Below are positions 17,466 to 25,741 of a stretch of DNA of 25,741 nucleotides, piece by piece (positions within the stretch are counted from its first letter, which is position 1; every line of letters starts with the position of its first letter). The stretch is from Bacteroides helcogenes (lineage in GTDB: Bacteria > Bacillota_I > Bacilli_A > RF39 > UBA660): contig CAVBMP010000082.1 in NCBI GenBank assembly GCA_963596555.1, positions 1-25,741 on the forward strand, given 5' to 3'. The translations under genes and the position numbers were made by a program. Below the pieces are notes generated by a model. It saw only the letters and a list, made by a program, of their open reading frames with translations. It ran no database searches and had not been told where the DNA came from.

Positions 17466-20276
17466 TTAAAGCATTTTATTTAAATAATAACCTGTATATG
17501 ATTCTTTGCATTTACTTACTTCTTCAGGTGTACCACAAGCGACAATATTACCTCCACCATCTCCGCCTTCTGGACCTAAATCAATTAAGTAATCTGCTTG
17601 AGCAATTATATCTAAGTTATGTTCAATTACAATAACAGTATCTCCATTATCAACTATTCTATTAAGTATTAAAAGTAATCTTTTTATATCATCTTGATGA
17701 AGACCAGTTGATGGTTCATCTAATATAAATATACTTTTACCAGTAGGTTTCTTTTGAAGTTCCTTAGCAAGTTTTACTCTTGATGCTTCTCCACCACTTA
17801 AAGTTACTGCATTTTGTCCAAGTTTAACATAACCAAGACCAACTTCTTCCATAATTTTAAGTGTTTTATATACTTTAGGTACATTTTCAAATACCTTTAA
17901 TGCATCACTTACAGTTAAATCAAGTACTTCTGATATATTATATCCTTTAAATTTAATTTTTAATGTTTCTTTATTATATCTAGTAGCATTACATACATCA
18001 CATGGTACATAAACATCTGGTAAGAAATGCATCTCTATCTTCTTAAGACCATCTCCACTACATGCTTCACATCTTCCACCTTTTACATTAAAACTAAATC
18101 TACTCTTATCATATCCTCTTATTTTAGCTTCTTTAGTTTGTGCGAATACATCCCTAATTGAATCAAATACTCCTACATATGTTGCTGGATTACTTCTTGG
18201 TGTTCTGCCTATTGGATCTTGACTTATATTTACAACTTTATCTACATTTTCAAGTCCTTTAATAGTTTTATATTTACCAGGTTTATCTTTGGAATTATAT
18301 ATTTTATTAAATAATGTTTTACCAAGTATTTCATTTACAAGCGTACTCTTACCACTTCCTGATACTCCAGTTACACAAATGAATTTACCAAGAGGAAAAT
18401 CAACTTTAATATTTTTAAGGTTATTTTCTTCACACCCAGTAAGTTTTATACTCTTACCATTTCCTTTTCTTCTTTTACAAGGTATCTCTATTTTTTCTTT
18501 GCCACTTAAGTATCTACCAGTGATTGATTCATCACAATTCATAATATCTTCTACACTACCTTCACATACTAAATATCCGCCTTCACTACCAGCATGTGGC
18601 CCGATATCTACTATATAATCGGCAGCAAGCATAGTATCTGTATCATGCTCTACAACTATCAAAGTATTGCCAAGATCTCTCATCTCTTTTAGTGACTGAA
18701 TAAGTTTTTCATTATCTCTTTGATGAAGTCCAATTGAAGGTTCATCAAGCACATAAAGAATACCTGATAATCTACTACCTATTTGAGTAGCAAGTCTAAT
18801 TCTTTGTGCTTCTCCACCACTTAGTGTAGATGCATTTCTAGAAAGAGTTAAATATTCAAGTCCAACATTCTTTAAGAATAATAATCTTTCTTTAATCTCT
18901 TTAATTATTAATGATGATATTTCAAGTTCATGTTCATTAAGTTTTAATTTATCTAAGAAATCTATTAAGTCTTTAATACTCATATTAGTAATTTCAAAAA
19001 TATTTTTATTTTTAATTTTGACAGTTAATACATCACTTTTAAGTCTAGCAGTATGACAACTAGGACAAGGTAACTCAGTCATATATTTTTCTATCCACTC
19101 TCTAATAGATGGAGAAACTGTCTCTATATATCTTCTTTCTAAATTAGAAATAATTCCTTCAAAGTAATCATAACTCTTTAATACGCTTCCACTACGAGTA
19201 GTAATTGATAAATCAAGTTTTTCACTACTACCATAAAGTATTATATCAAGTTCTTTTCTTGTTAAGTCTTTGACTGGTTTATATAAATCAATATTATAAT
19301 GTTTTGCTACTAATCCAAGTTTTTTAAAATAAACATTTAAAGTTTCACCACTTTGAAATGATACTACTGCCCCATCCATAATAGAAAGATTTTTATCTGG
19401 TATTAATATATCTTCATCTATATGTTTTTTAACACCAAGTCCTTTACAGTCAGGACATGCTCCATATGGACTATTAAACGAAAATAATCTTGGTTCAAGT
19501 TCAGGCAAACTAAAATCACATAAAGGGCAAGCATAGTTTTCACTAAATACTATTTCTTTATCTCCAATAATATTTATTACTACTTTACCTTTTGATAACT
19601 TAACAGAAGTTTCTATTGCCTCAAATATTCTACTTCTTGATTCTTCTTTTATAACTAATCTATCTATAATAACTTCTATTCTATGTTTGATATTCTTTTC
19701 AAGATTTATCTCTTCATTTAAGTCTCTTACTTCACCATCTATTCTTGCTCTTACAAAACCATCTTTAACAAGTGAATCTAATAAATCTTTTTGTGTTCCT
19801 TTTTCACCATGTACTACTGGTGACATTATTTCTATTTTAGTACCAACTTCATATTCCAATACTTTATTAGCCATTTCTTCAATACTTTGAGTAGTGACAG
19901 GTATATTATGTTTAGGACAATAAGGAATACCTATTCTTGCATATAAAAGTCTAAGATAATCATATATCTCAGTAATCGTACCAACTGTACTTCTTGGATT
20001 CTTATTAGTTGATTTTTGATCAATACTTATACTAGGGCTAAGTCCTTCTATTGAATCAACTTTTGCTTTACTCATGTTGCCTAAGAATTGTCTTGCATAT
20101 GCACTTAGACTTTCAACATATCTTCTTTGTCCTTCTGCATATATAGTATCAAATGCTAAACTACTCTTACCACTTCCTGATACTCCAGTCATAACTATCA
20201 ATTTATTTTTAGGTAATTCTAAACTTATATTTTTTAAATTATTTTCTCTTGCATTCTTAATAATAATTTTGTCCAT
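17466..20276 (-). CDS. uvrA: Excinuclease ABC subunit A
   Basis: Two ABC modules (GVSGSGKSS / GVSGSGKST, LSGGEAQR / LSGGEASR, LDEPS), AEGQRRYVESLS, zinc fingers, PIGRTPRSNPATY. Confidence 0.99.
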   Translation of the reverse strand: MDKIIIKNARENNLKNISLELPKNKLIVMTGVSGSGKSSLAFDTIYAEGQRRYVESLSAYARQFLGNMSKAKVDSIEGLSPSISIDQKSTNKNPRSTVGTITEIYDYLRLLYARIGIPYCPKHNIPVTTQSIEEMANKVLEYEVGTKIEIMSPVVHGEKGTQKDLLDSLVKDGFVRARIDGEVRDLNEEINLEKNIKHRIEVIIDRLVIKEESRSRIFEAIETSVKLSKGKVVINIIGDKEIVFSENYACPLCDFSLPELEPRLFSFNSPYGACPDCKGLGVKKHIDEDILIPDKNLSIMDGAVVSFQSGETLNVYFKKLGLVAKHYNIDLYKPVKDLTRKELDIILYGSSEKLDLSITTRSGSVLKSYDYFEGIISNLERRYIETVSPSIREWIEKYMTELPCPSCHTARLKSDVLTVKIKNKNIFEITNMSIKDLIDFLDKLKLNEHELEISSLIIKEIKERLLFLKNVGLEYLTLSRNASTLSGGEAQRIRLATQIGSRLSGILYVLDEPSIGLHQRDNEKLIQSLKEMRDLGNTLIVVEHDTDTMLAADYIVDIGPHAGSEGGYLVCEGSVEDIMNCDESITGRYLSGKEKIEIPCKRRKGNGKSIKLTGCEENNLKNIKVDFPLGKFICVTGVSGSGKSTLVNEILGKTLFNKIYNSKDKPGKYKTIKGLENVDKVVNISQDPIGRTPRSNPATYVGVFDSIRDVFAQTKEAKIRGYDKSRFSFNVKGGRCEACSGDGLKKIEMHFLPDVYVPCDVCNATRYNKETLKIKFKGYNISEVLDLTVSDALKVFENVPKVYKTLKIMEEVGLGYVKLGQNAVTLSGGEASRVKLAKELQKKPTGKSIFILDEPSTGLHQDDIKRLLLILNRIVDNGDTVIVIEHNLDIIAQADYLIDLGPEGGDGGGNIVACGTPEEVSKCKESYTGYYLNKML

Positions 20277-20315
20277 AACGCACCTCTAATATTAGTAATC
20301 ACTAAAAGTAAGCAT

Positions 20316-20378
20316 ATTATACTACAAATATGATACAATTGCCAAAATTATTATATAATAAGTACATTTGTTTGTAAA
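20316..20378 (-). promoter_or_regulatory. Tandem uvrA promoters, the distal one containing a putative LexA (Cheo) box
   Basis: Proximal TTGGCA-N18-TATAAT (20316-20345). Distal TTTACA-N17-TATAAT (20350-20378) with CAAACAAATGTACT (20361-20374) vs consensus CGAACRNRYGTTCG. Confidence 0.5.
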
Positions 20379-20406
20379 GCACAAAATTAAAAAAAGAGTA
20401 ATTTTA

Positions 20407-20871
20407 TTAATTACAACTTTTATTATTTTCAGTTATTTTGAAGTCACAGCATTCGCAAGATTTACCTTCACTATTTGCTATACATATAGGATTAGAACCA
20501 TTTCTTTTAATAATACAACTATTTAAAAACTCTTTACTATCTTTGGTTGCTATATATAATCTTATAACATAATCACTTGGTATTTCACTATTATCTGTAG
20601 GATTTTTTAAATCACTATCTATATAATTATTTGACTTTAGTGTACTTATAGGTATATTTAAATATTTATTCTCACGAAAAGAATTTAATGCATTAGAATC
20701 AACATCCATATATAACATAGCGGCATCTTGTATATCAACATAAATACTTTTTAACTCTTCGTCTTTGGTAACATTAGTGGTAGTTTCATACATCACAACA
20801 CTACTTACACCTATTATTGCTGATATTGTTATTACTAGTAAAACCTCCATTAAAGTAAAACCATTCTTCAT
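20407..20871 (-). CDS. Type IV pilin-like protein with Cys-rich C-terminus
   Basis: Class III signal MKNG|FTLMEVLLVITISAIIGV (Gly-1, Phe+1, Glu+5); AA.LY and LKSNNYI...KNP pilin-head motifs. Start set at ATG 20871 by SD AGGTG spacing. Confidence 0.9.
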   Translation of the reverse strand: MKNGFTLMEVLLVITISAIIGVSSVVMYETTTNVTKDEELKSIYVDIQDAAMLYMDVDSNALNSFRENKYLNIPISTLKSNNYIDSDLKNPTDNSEIPSDYVIRLYIATKDSKEFLNSCIIKRNGSNPICIANSEGKSCECCDFKITENNKSCN

Positions 20872-20905
20872 ACACTTCACCTATTATAAATTATACAATA
20901 AATAT

Positions 20906-21067
20906 TTATTTTTTTAAAGTATTATTTTTTCTTAATCCTTCAATATAACCAATATCATATAGTTTAGATAATATTTTCTTTTTATTATATTTTTTGATTT
21001 TAAGTTTTTTTGTTTCTTTCAAGCCTTCTTCATAACCTAAAACTAATGCTCTTATATATTTATACAT
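20906..21067 (-). CDS. Unannotated 53-aa basic protein with an RMF-like GY..G repeat pattern
   Basis: Manual translation MYKYIRALVLGYEEGLKETKKLKIKKYNKKKILSKLYDIGYIEGLRKNNTLKK*. Strong SD AGGAGGTG. Fills the gap between spoIVA and the pilin gene. Confidence 0.7.
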   Translation of the reverse strand: MYKYIRALVLGYEEGLKETKKLKIKKYNKKKILSKLYDIGYIEGLRKNNTLKK

Positions 21068-21130
21068 ATTCACCTCCTATTATTATAATCAGTCATAAAT
21101 TTAAAAAACACTACAAAAAAATAGTCTTTT

Positions 21131-22606
21131 TTACAAGACTATTGCAATTAAGTTATTGCTTCCTTTATTTACCATCTTAGTTATAGTTTGTGATAACTTA
21201 TATTTAGCTGAATCTGGAAGCAAAGATAATTTTGCTTGTATACCTTCTTGTACTATTTCATCTAAACTTCTTCCAAATATTTCACTTTGCCAAATACTTT
21301 CTGGTTCTTTATTATCTTTCATTATATAATCTATTAATTCTTTACTTTGAAGTTCACTTCCTATTATTGGCTCAAAGCTACTTTCAACATCTACTTTTAT
21401 TAAATGAATTGAACTTGCTTTTGCCTTTAGTTTTATACCAAACCTACCACCCTGTTTAATAATTTCGGGTTTTTCTAGTTTCATATCTTTAACCTTTGGA
21501 AGGACAATACCATATCCAGTTTGATAAACTTGTTTTAATGCACCTTTAATAGAATCATATTCATTTCTTCCATCACTCAAATCTTGAAATACTTTTAATA
21601 AATCTCCTTTAGTATTAACAGAAGCACCAACTAATTCTTTTAATATATCATTAAATAATGACTCATTTGCTTCTAGTGTAATAGTTACTTCAGAGTTGTC
21701 AGTATCTAAATTTGATATATATGCTTTACTTATCTCGGGAACATCTTCTAAATTGATATTGATATTTTCAACATCTCTTAATTTGTCCACATTAACAATA
21801 GAATTTTTCATTTTCTCAATAAATTTTTGTTTAACAGGATGCTTACTATTTAAAATCGCAACCCAGTCAGGAATATTAAATTCAATATGATCAACATTAA
21901 ATTCATATAATGCTTCTTTTAATATATTTGTAATATCATTTTCATTCAAATTTTCTACACTAACTGGTATAACAGGTATTTCATATTTTTCATGTAGTTT
22001 TTCTGCTAAAGACTTAGTTTCAGAACTTCCTGGGTGAGTTGAATTTAATACCACTATAAATGGTTTATTTATTTCTTTCAATTCAGTGATTACTTTTTCT
22101 TCTGCTTGTACATAATTACTTCTTGATAATTCACCTATAGAACCATCTGTAGTTACTACTATACCAATAGTTGCATGATCTTTAATTACTTTTTCAGTAC
22201 CAATCTCAGCTGCTTCCATAAATGGTAACTCTTCTGTAAACCATGGGGTTTTAACCATTCTAGGATTTCCAATTTCATCTTGATAACCAAGCGCATCAGG
22301 TGTTACAAAGCCAACACAATCAACTAGTTTAATATTAGTAGTTAACTCATCAATTTTAATATTTGCACCACTGCTTGGTACAAATTTAGGTTCTATTGTC
22401 ATAATTGTTTTACCTTGTGCTGTTTGAGGTATTTCATCCATACATCTTTTCTTTTCTATAGGATCTTCAATATATGGAAGAATTAATGTTTCAATACATT
22501 TTTTAATAAAAGTACTTTTACCAGTTCTAACAGCGCCAACTACACCTAAATATATCTCACCACCTGACTTTTTACCAAGACTTTTTATTATTTGTGTTTT
22601 ATCCAT
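21131..22606 (-). CDS. spoIVA: Stage IV sporulation protein A (spore coat ATPase)
   Basis: GEIYLGVVGAVRTGKSTFIK, DEIPQ..GKTIMT.EPKFVP, VDCVG, RMVKTPWF, AAEIGTEKVI..HATIG.VVTTDGS, IWQSEIFGRSL. Start set at ATG 22606 (SD GAGGG). Confidence 0.97.
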   Translation of the reverse strand: MDKTQIIKSLGKKSGGEIYLGVVGAVRTGKSTFIKKCIETLILPYIEDPIEKKRCMDEIPQTAQGKTIMTIEPKFVPSSGANIKIDELTTNIKLVDCVGFVTPDALGYQDEIGNPRMVKTPWFTEELPFMEAAEIGTEKVIKDHATIGIVVTTDGSIGELSRSNYVQAEEKVITELKEINKPFIVVLNSTHPGSSETKSLAEKLHEKYEIPVIPVSVENLNENDITNILKEALYEFNVDHIEFNIPDWVAILNSKHPVKQKFIEKMKNSIVNVDKLRDVENININLEDVPEISKAYISNLDTDNSEVTITLEANESLFNDILKELVGASVNTKGDLLKVFQDLSDGRNEYDSIKGALKQVYQTGYGIVLPKVKDMKLEKPEIIKQGGRFGIKLKAKASSIHLIKVDVESSFEPIIGSELQSKELIDYIMKDNKEPESIWQSEIFGRSLDEIVQEGIQAKLSLLPDSAKYKLSQTITKMVNKGSNNLIAIVL

Positions 22607-22640
22607 AATTACCCTCTTTCTAAATTCCAAACCTATAGTA

Positions 22641-22669
22641 ATATTTATGAATAATTACACATTTTATTA
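22641..22669 (-). promoter_or_regulatory. Possible SigE-type promoter of spoIVA
   Basis: TAATA-N15-CATAAATAT; partial match to the ATA...CATAnnnT consensus. spoIVA is SigE-dependent in B. subtilis. Confidence 0.35.
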
Positions 22670-22670
22670 C

Positions 22671-22694
22671 AAAAAAATAGACATAAGTCTATTT
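22671..22694 (-). terminator. Intrinsic terminator of the secA/sipW-like unit
   Basis: AAATAGAC-ttat-GTCTATTT-TTTT overlapping the TAG at 22689. Confidence 0.7.
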
Positions 22695-23162
22695 ATTGTA
22701 TACTAGTTCAGGAAATATTGTCCCTACAAATAATAATATAACGAGTGTTATAGGATTTATAAGTATCTTTATAATTGTACTAAATAATGAATTGTTATAA
22801 ACAATTTTAGCAAGTAAGTCTTTATCTTCAAGATTTACTGTTTCATTATTTTCATTTATTACTTTATATTTATATAATTCATTTTCAGTGATTTTTGCAA
22901 CTAAATATTTTTCACCTTCTTGATATACAATATAGTCTCCTTCACTATAACTACTTGTCTTTTCAAATATAAGTAATTTTCCTGCTTCTATATCTGGTGC
23001 TAAAGCATTACCTTCAACTATAATATATGAGTATCCATCCATTACAGTTGGTAATACTTCTTTATATATCTTTCTTTTAGTGAAAAGAATAACTACTATT
23101 AGTGCAAAAATAACTAAATATGTAATTACAATTCCTCTTATTATATTTAAAAATATTTTCAT
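22689..23162 (-). CDS. SipW/S26B signal-peptidase-like protein lacking catalytic residues
   Basis: N-terminal TM; P...GYSYIIVEGNALAPDIEAGKLLIFEK aligns with P.IFGY...VLSGSMEP.I..GDLIIVK; GDYIVY; YLVAKI aligns with ITHRI; C-terminal TM with NP. TAATG overlap with the secA stop. Confidence 0.65.
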   Translation of the reverse strand: MKIFLNIIRGIVITYLVIFALIVVILFTKRKIYKEVLPTVMDGYSYIIVEGNALAPDIEAGKLLIFEKTSSYSEGDYIVYQEGEKYLVAKITENELYKYKVINENNETVNLEDKDLLAKIVYNNSLFSTIIKILINPITLVILLFVGTIFPELVYNK

Positions 23163-25609
23163 TATAATTTCACTCCTTTTTCTTCCATCACAGTTAAATC
23201 TGGAAGATATGTTCCGTATGGTATTGTTGGTTTAAGTGCATAAGCAAGTAGTTCGTTTTGAATATATGGAACTGAACTTTGTGCTAAACTATATGCATAT
23301 AATCTATACTCATCAAATATGTTTTTACCAGCATATGCTTTAAGACCAGCACTCGCTCTATTTTGTGTTAAACGATTTAACATATCGATATAGTAGTCAT
23401 CTACCACACTTAATAATTTGCTTCTTACTTTATCATCATAATTATTTATTTGACCTGATGTTTCTAAAGAACTTATTCCCTTTTTCAATAAAGTACTTAA
23501 TTGTTCTTTAGTTTTTTTACTATTACTAAAATCACATGAATCTATCATAGATGCTGGTACAAATTGTCCAATTAACGATACAATCTCATCATGAGTTTTA
23601 GTTGATAAAAATCCAGAATAACTGTCAATTGTACTATCTAATGCTTCACTAATAGTTTTACTCTTTAGTATTTTATCTCTATTTTTATAGAATATATTTT
23701 TTTGTTCAGTTAGTATTTTACCAAACTCTTCTTCAAATTTTCTAGTCGCAGCATCTTTACTTTCTCTTTTTGCCTGACACATTTTAACTTTTTTACAGAT
23801 AGATTCACTTGTAACTCTACCATAAGGATTAGTTCCTTTTAAATAAGTTACTTTTGGATTGAATGCTAACATAGAATCATTTTCAAGTACTATATCATCT
23901 TCAAGAGACACAAAGCATTTACTACTTCCAGGATCACCCTGTCTTGCTGCACGACCTCTTAATTGATTATCAATTCTTTCACTCTTATTATAAGTTGTAC
24001 TAATAACATGAAGTCCACCTACTTCTAAAACTCCATCACCTAGTTTTATATCTGTACCACGACCAGCCATATTTGTTGTAACAGTTACTTTTCCAAGAAG
24101 CCCAGCATTTTTAACAATACCTGCTTCATTTTCATTTTTAACTGCATTTAATAATTGATGTCTAATACCTGCTTCTTTTAGAAGTTTACTAACCATTTCA
24201 CTTTCTTCTATAGAATCAGTACCAATAAGTACAGGTTGTAGTTTTTCATGACAAGATATTACTTCATTTATTATTGCTTTATATTTTGCTTCTTTAGTTA
24301 AATATACTTCATCTTCATAATCTATTCTAATATTAGGTTTTCTACTCGGTACTTCATATGTTTCTAAATAATATAGATCTCTAAATGCTTCAATATTACT
24401 AGTACCTGTCATACCACATATACCAGAAGAATACATTGAGAAAAAGTCTGGGAATGTACATCTAGCAGTTACAATATTACTTGCTTTAATAGCGACATTT
24501 TCTTTTGCCTCGATTGCTTCATGAAGACCATTAGATAGTCTTTTACCTGTCGCAACTCTACCTGTATTTTTATCTATAATACTTATTTCTTTTCCATTTT
24601 CTACAATATAGTCAATATCTTTATGATAAGCATACTGTGCAAGTATAGCATTAATAACCGCAGCTTTTCTTATACCATGTTCATATACATCATCATTATT
24701 ATTGATATCAAAGTCAGGTATATATTTTTCTATATCATTTGACATTCTTTGTGATAACATTACTTCTTTTTCATCAAGAAAAAGTATACTTCCAGTATAA
24801 GTCATCCCTTCAACATTAACTTTCTGAGGAACTACTTTACAATCATATTTCTTAATAAAATCACGTGCCCATTTGCATAAATTCTCATTATCAAGAGGAT
24901 CTAATGAGTCTTTTTTATTACTACTTAATATCATAGCGGTACTTGCTTCATCTAAAAGTATACTATCAACTTCATCTATAATCGCAAAATTAAATGGTCT
25001 TTTAATATACCTATCTTTTTCATTTTTAACTAAGTTATCATTCAAATAATCAAAACCAACAGTTGATGCCTTAGCATAAACTATATCACAAGCATATAAC
25101 TTTTGTTTTTCTTCACGACTTATTTTCCTAGTTCTATTTTCGGGTACAAAACCACATGAAAGACCAAGAAATTCATATACCTTACTGTTTTCTTTGCAAT
25201 CTCTTTCAGTTAAATAATCATTAGATGTCATAACATGAACACCTTTACCACTAATCGCATTCAAATAAGCAACTAATATTTGTACTAAAGTCTTACCTTC
25301 ACCAGTTTTCATTTCACTAATACAATTATCCTGCATCGCTACTGCTGATGAAAGTTGAACTTCATAATGAAACATACCAAGACATCTTCTAGTTGCTTCT
25401 CTACAAACTGCAAATGCTTCAACCATAATATCTTTTTCAGTTTCACCATTTTTAAGTCTTTTTCTAAAAATATCAGTTTGAGATGAAAGTTCACTATCAG
25501 ACATAGATTTGTATTTGTTTTCAAGCGCACAAATCTCTTTAACAGTTTCATTTATTCTCTTTCTGTTTCTTTGTGTATATGTTCCAAATATTTTATCAGA
25601 CATGCTCAT
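23162..25609 (-). CDS. secA: Preprotein translocase SecA, divergent (probable paralog / SecA2-like)
   Basis: EAFAVCREA, EMKTGEGKTL, NDYL.ERD, GFDYL.DN, AIIDEVDSILLDEA, GLHEAIEAKE, GMTGT, QPVLIGT, TNMAGRGTDIKLG, RIDNQLRGRAARQGDPG. No C-terminal SEC-C motif. Start set at ATG 25609 (SD AGGTG). Confidence 0.9.
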   Translation of the reverse strand: MSMSDKIFGTYTQRNRKRINETVKEICALENKYKSMSDSELSSQTDIFRKRLKNGETEKDIMVEAFAVCREATRRCLGMFHYEVQLSSAVAMQDNCISEMKTGEGKTLVQILVAYLNAISGKGVHVMTSNDYLTERDCKENSKVYEFLGLSCGFVPENRTRKISREEKQKLYACDIVYAKASTVGFDYLNDNLVKNEKDRYIKRPFNFAIIDEVDSILLDEASTAMILSSNKKDSLDPLDNENLCKWARDFIKKYDCKVVPQKVNVEGMTYTGSILFLDEKEVMLSQRMSNDIEKYIPDFDINNNDDVYEHGIRKAAVINAILAQYAYHKDIDYIVENGKEISIIDKNTGRVATGKRLSNGLHEAIEAKENVAIKASNIVTARCTFPDFFSMYSSGICGMTGTSNIEAFRDLYYLETYEVPSRKPNIRIDYEDEVYLTKEAKYKAIINEVISCHEKLQPVLIGTDSIEESEMVSKLLKEAGIRHQLLNAVKNENEAGIVKNAGLLGKVTVTTNMAGRGTDIKLGDGVLEVGGLHVISTTYNKSERIDNQLRGRAARQGDPGSSKCFVSLEDDIVLENDSMLAFNPKVTYLKGTNPYGRVTSESICKKVKMCQAKRESKDAATRKFEEEFGKILTEQKNIFYKNRDKILKSKTISEALDSTIDSYSGFLSTKTHDEIVSLIGQFVPASMIDSCDFSNSKKTKEQLSTLLKKGISSLETSGQINNYDDKVRSKLLSVVDDYYIDMLNRLTQNRASAGLKAYAGKNIFDEYRLYAYSLAQSSVPYIQNELLAYALKPTIPYGTYLPDLTVMEEKGVKL

Positions 25610-25636
25610 ATTAAACACCTATTTTCCATTAATATA

Positions 25637-25665
25637 AATATATCATTTTTTATAAAGAATTTCAA
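25637..25665 (-). promoter_or_regulatory. SigA-type promoter of secA
   Basis: TTGAAA-N17-TATATT with extended TG. Confidence 0.55.
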
Positions 25666-25741
25666 TCAAACTTTAAAAATAATAATAAAGGTGTTAAACA
25701 TTAGTTAAAATTATACCGATTTATAATTATAGATAACAAAC

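Noticed and set aside
1258..25551. Short alternative ORFs in the track (1258-1767, 5015-5236, 5401-5601, 5449-5655, 6263-6631, 7692-7877, 8318-8731, 10331-10519, 10917-11114, 13941-14228, 16624-16863, 17384-17635, 18289-18618, 19687-19890, 20074-20289, 21232-21459, 21696-21890, 25339-25551)
   Set aside because: They lie antisense or out of frame over well-supported genes, show shadow-ORF composition and have no recognisable motifs.
1..25741. CRISPR array, tRNA/rRNA, IS element or prophage
   Set aside because: No regularly spaced direct repeats, cloverleaf or rRNA-like segments, and no transposase, integrase or phage genes were seen.
1..25741. Mycoplasma-type genetic code (UGA = Trp) suggested by the low GC
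   Set aside because: Long conserved genes are uninterrupted under code 11, Trp is TGG where checked, and TGA ends the 215-aa ORF just before the next gene's start.

Overview
Very AT-rich bacterial chromosomal segment using the standard code (Trp as TGG; TGA ends the 215-aa ORF). The gene content (type 2 ileS with an Ile T-box, lepA, uvrA, spoIVA, a YqfQ-like gene, an L,D-transpeptidase lipoprotein, pilC/pilD and a pilin) points to a low-GC Bacillota; an RF39-like Bacilli lineage is my inference. Almost all genes lie on the minus strand. I see no rRNA, tRNA, CRISPR array, transposase, integrase or reverse transcriptase. The most striking element is a three-gene operon with its own promoter and terminator (13434-15785). 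It encodes a DUF3592-like membrane protein, a LURP1/tubby-like protein and a membrane-anchored protein made of EF-Tu domains II+III with no GTPase domain. Other apparently repurposed housekeeping relatives occur nearby: a divergent SecA translationally coupled to a SipW-like peptidase lacking both catalytic residues, a protein with a degenerate sigma region-4-like C-terminus, an unannotated 53-aa RMF-like ORF after spoIVA, and a CarD-like 3' remnant. Four proteins share an acidic-basic-hydrophobic C-terminal tail. All family assignments come from motif recognition by eye; no database searches were run.
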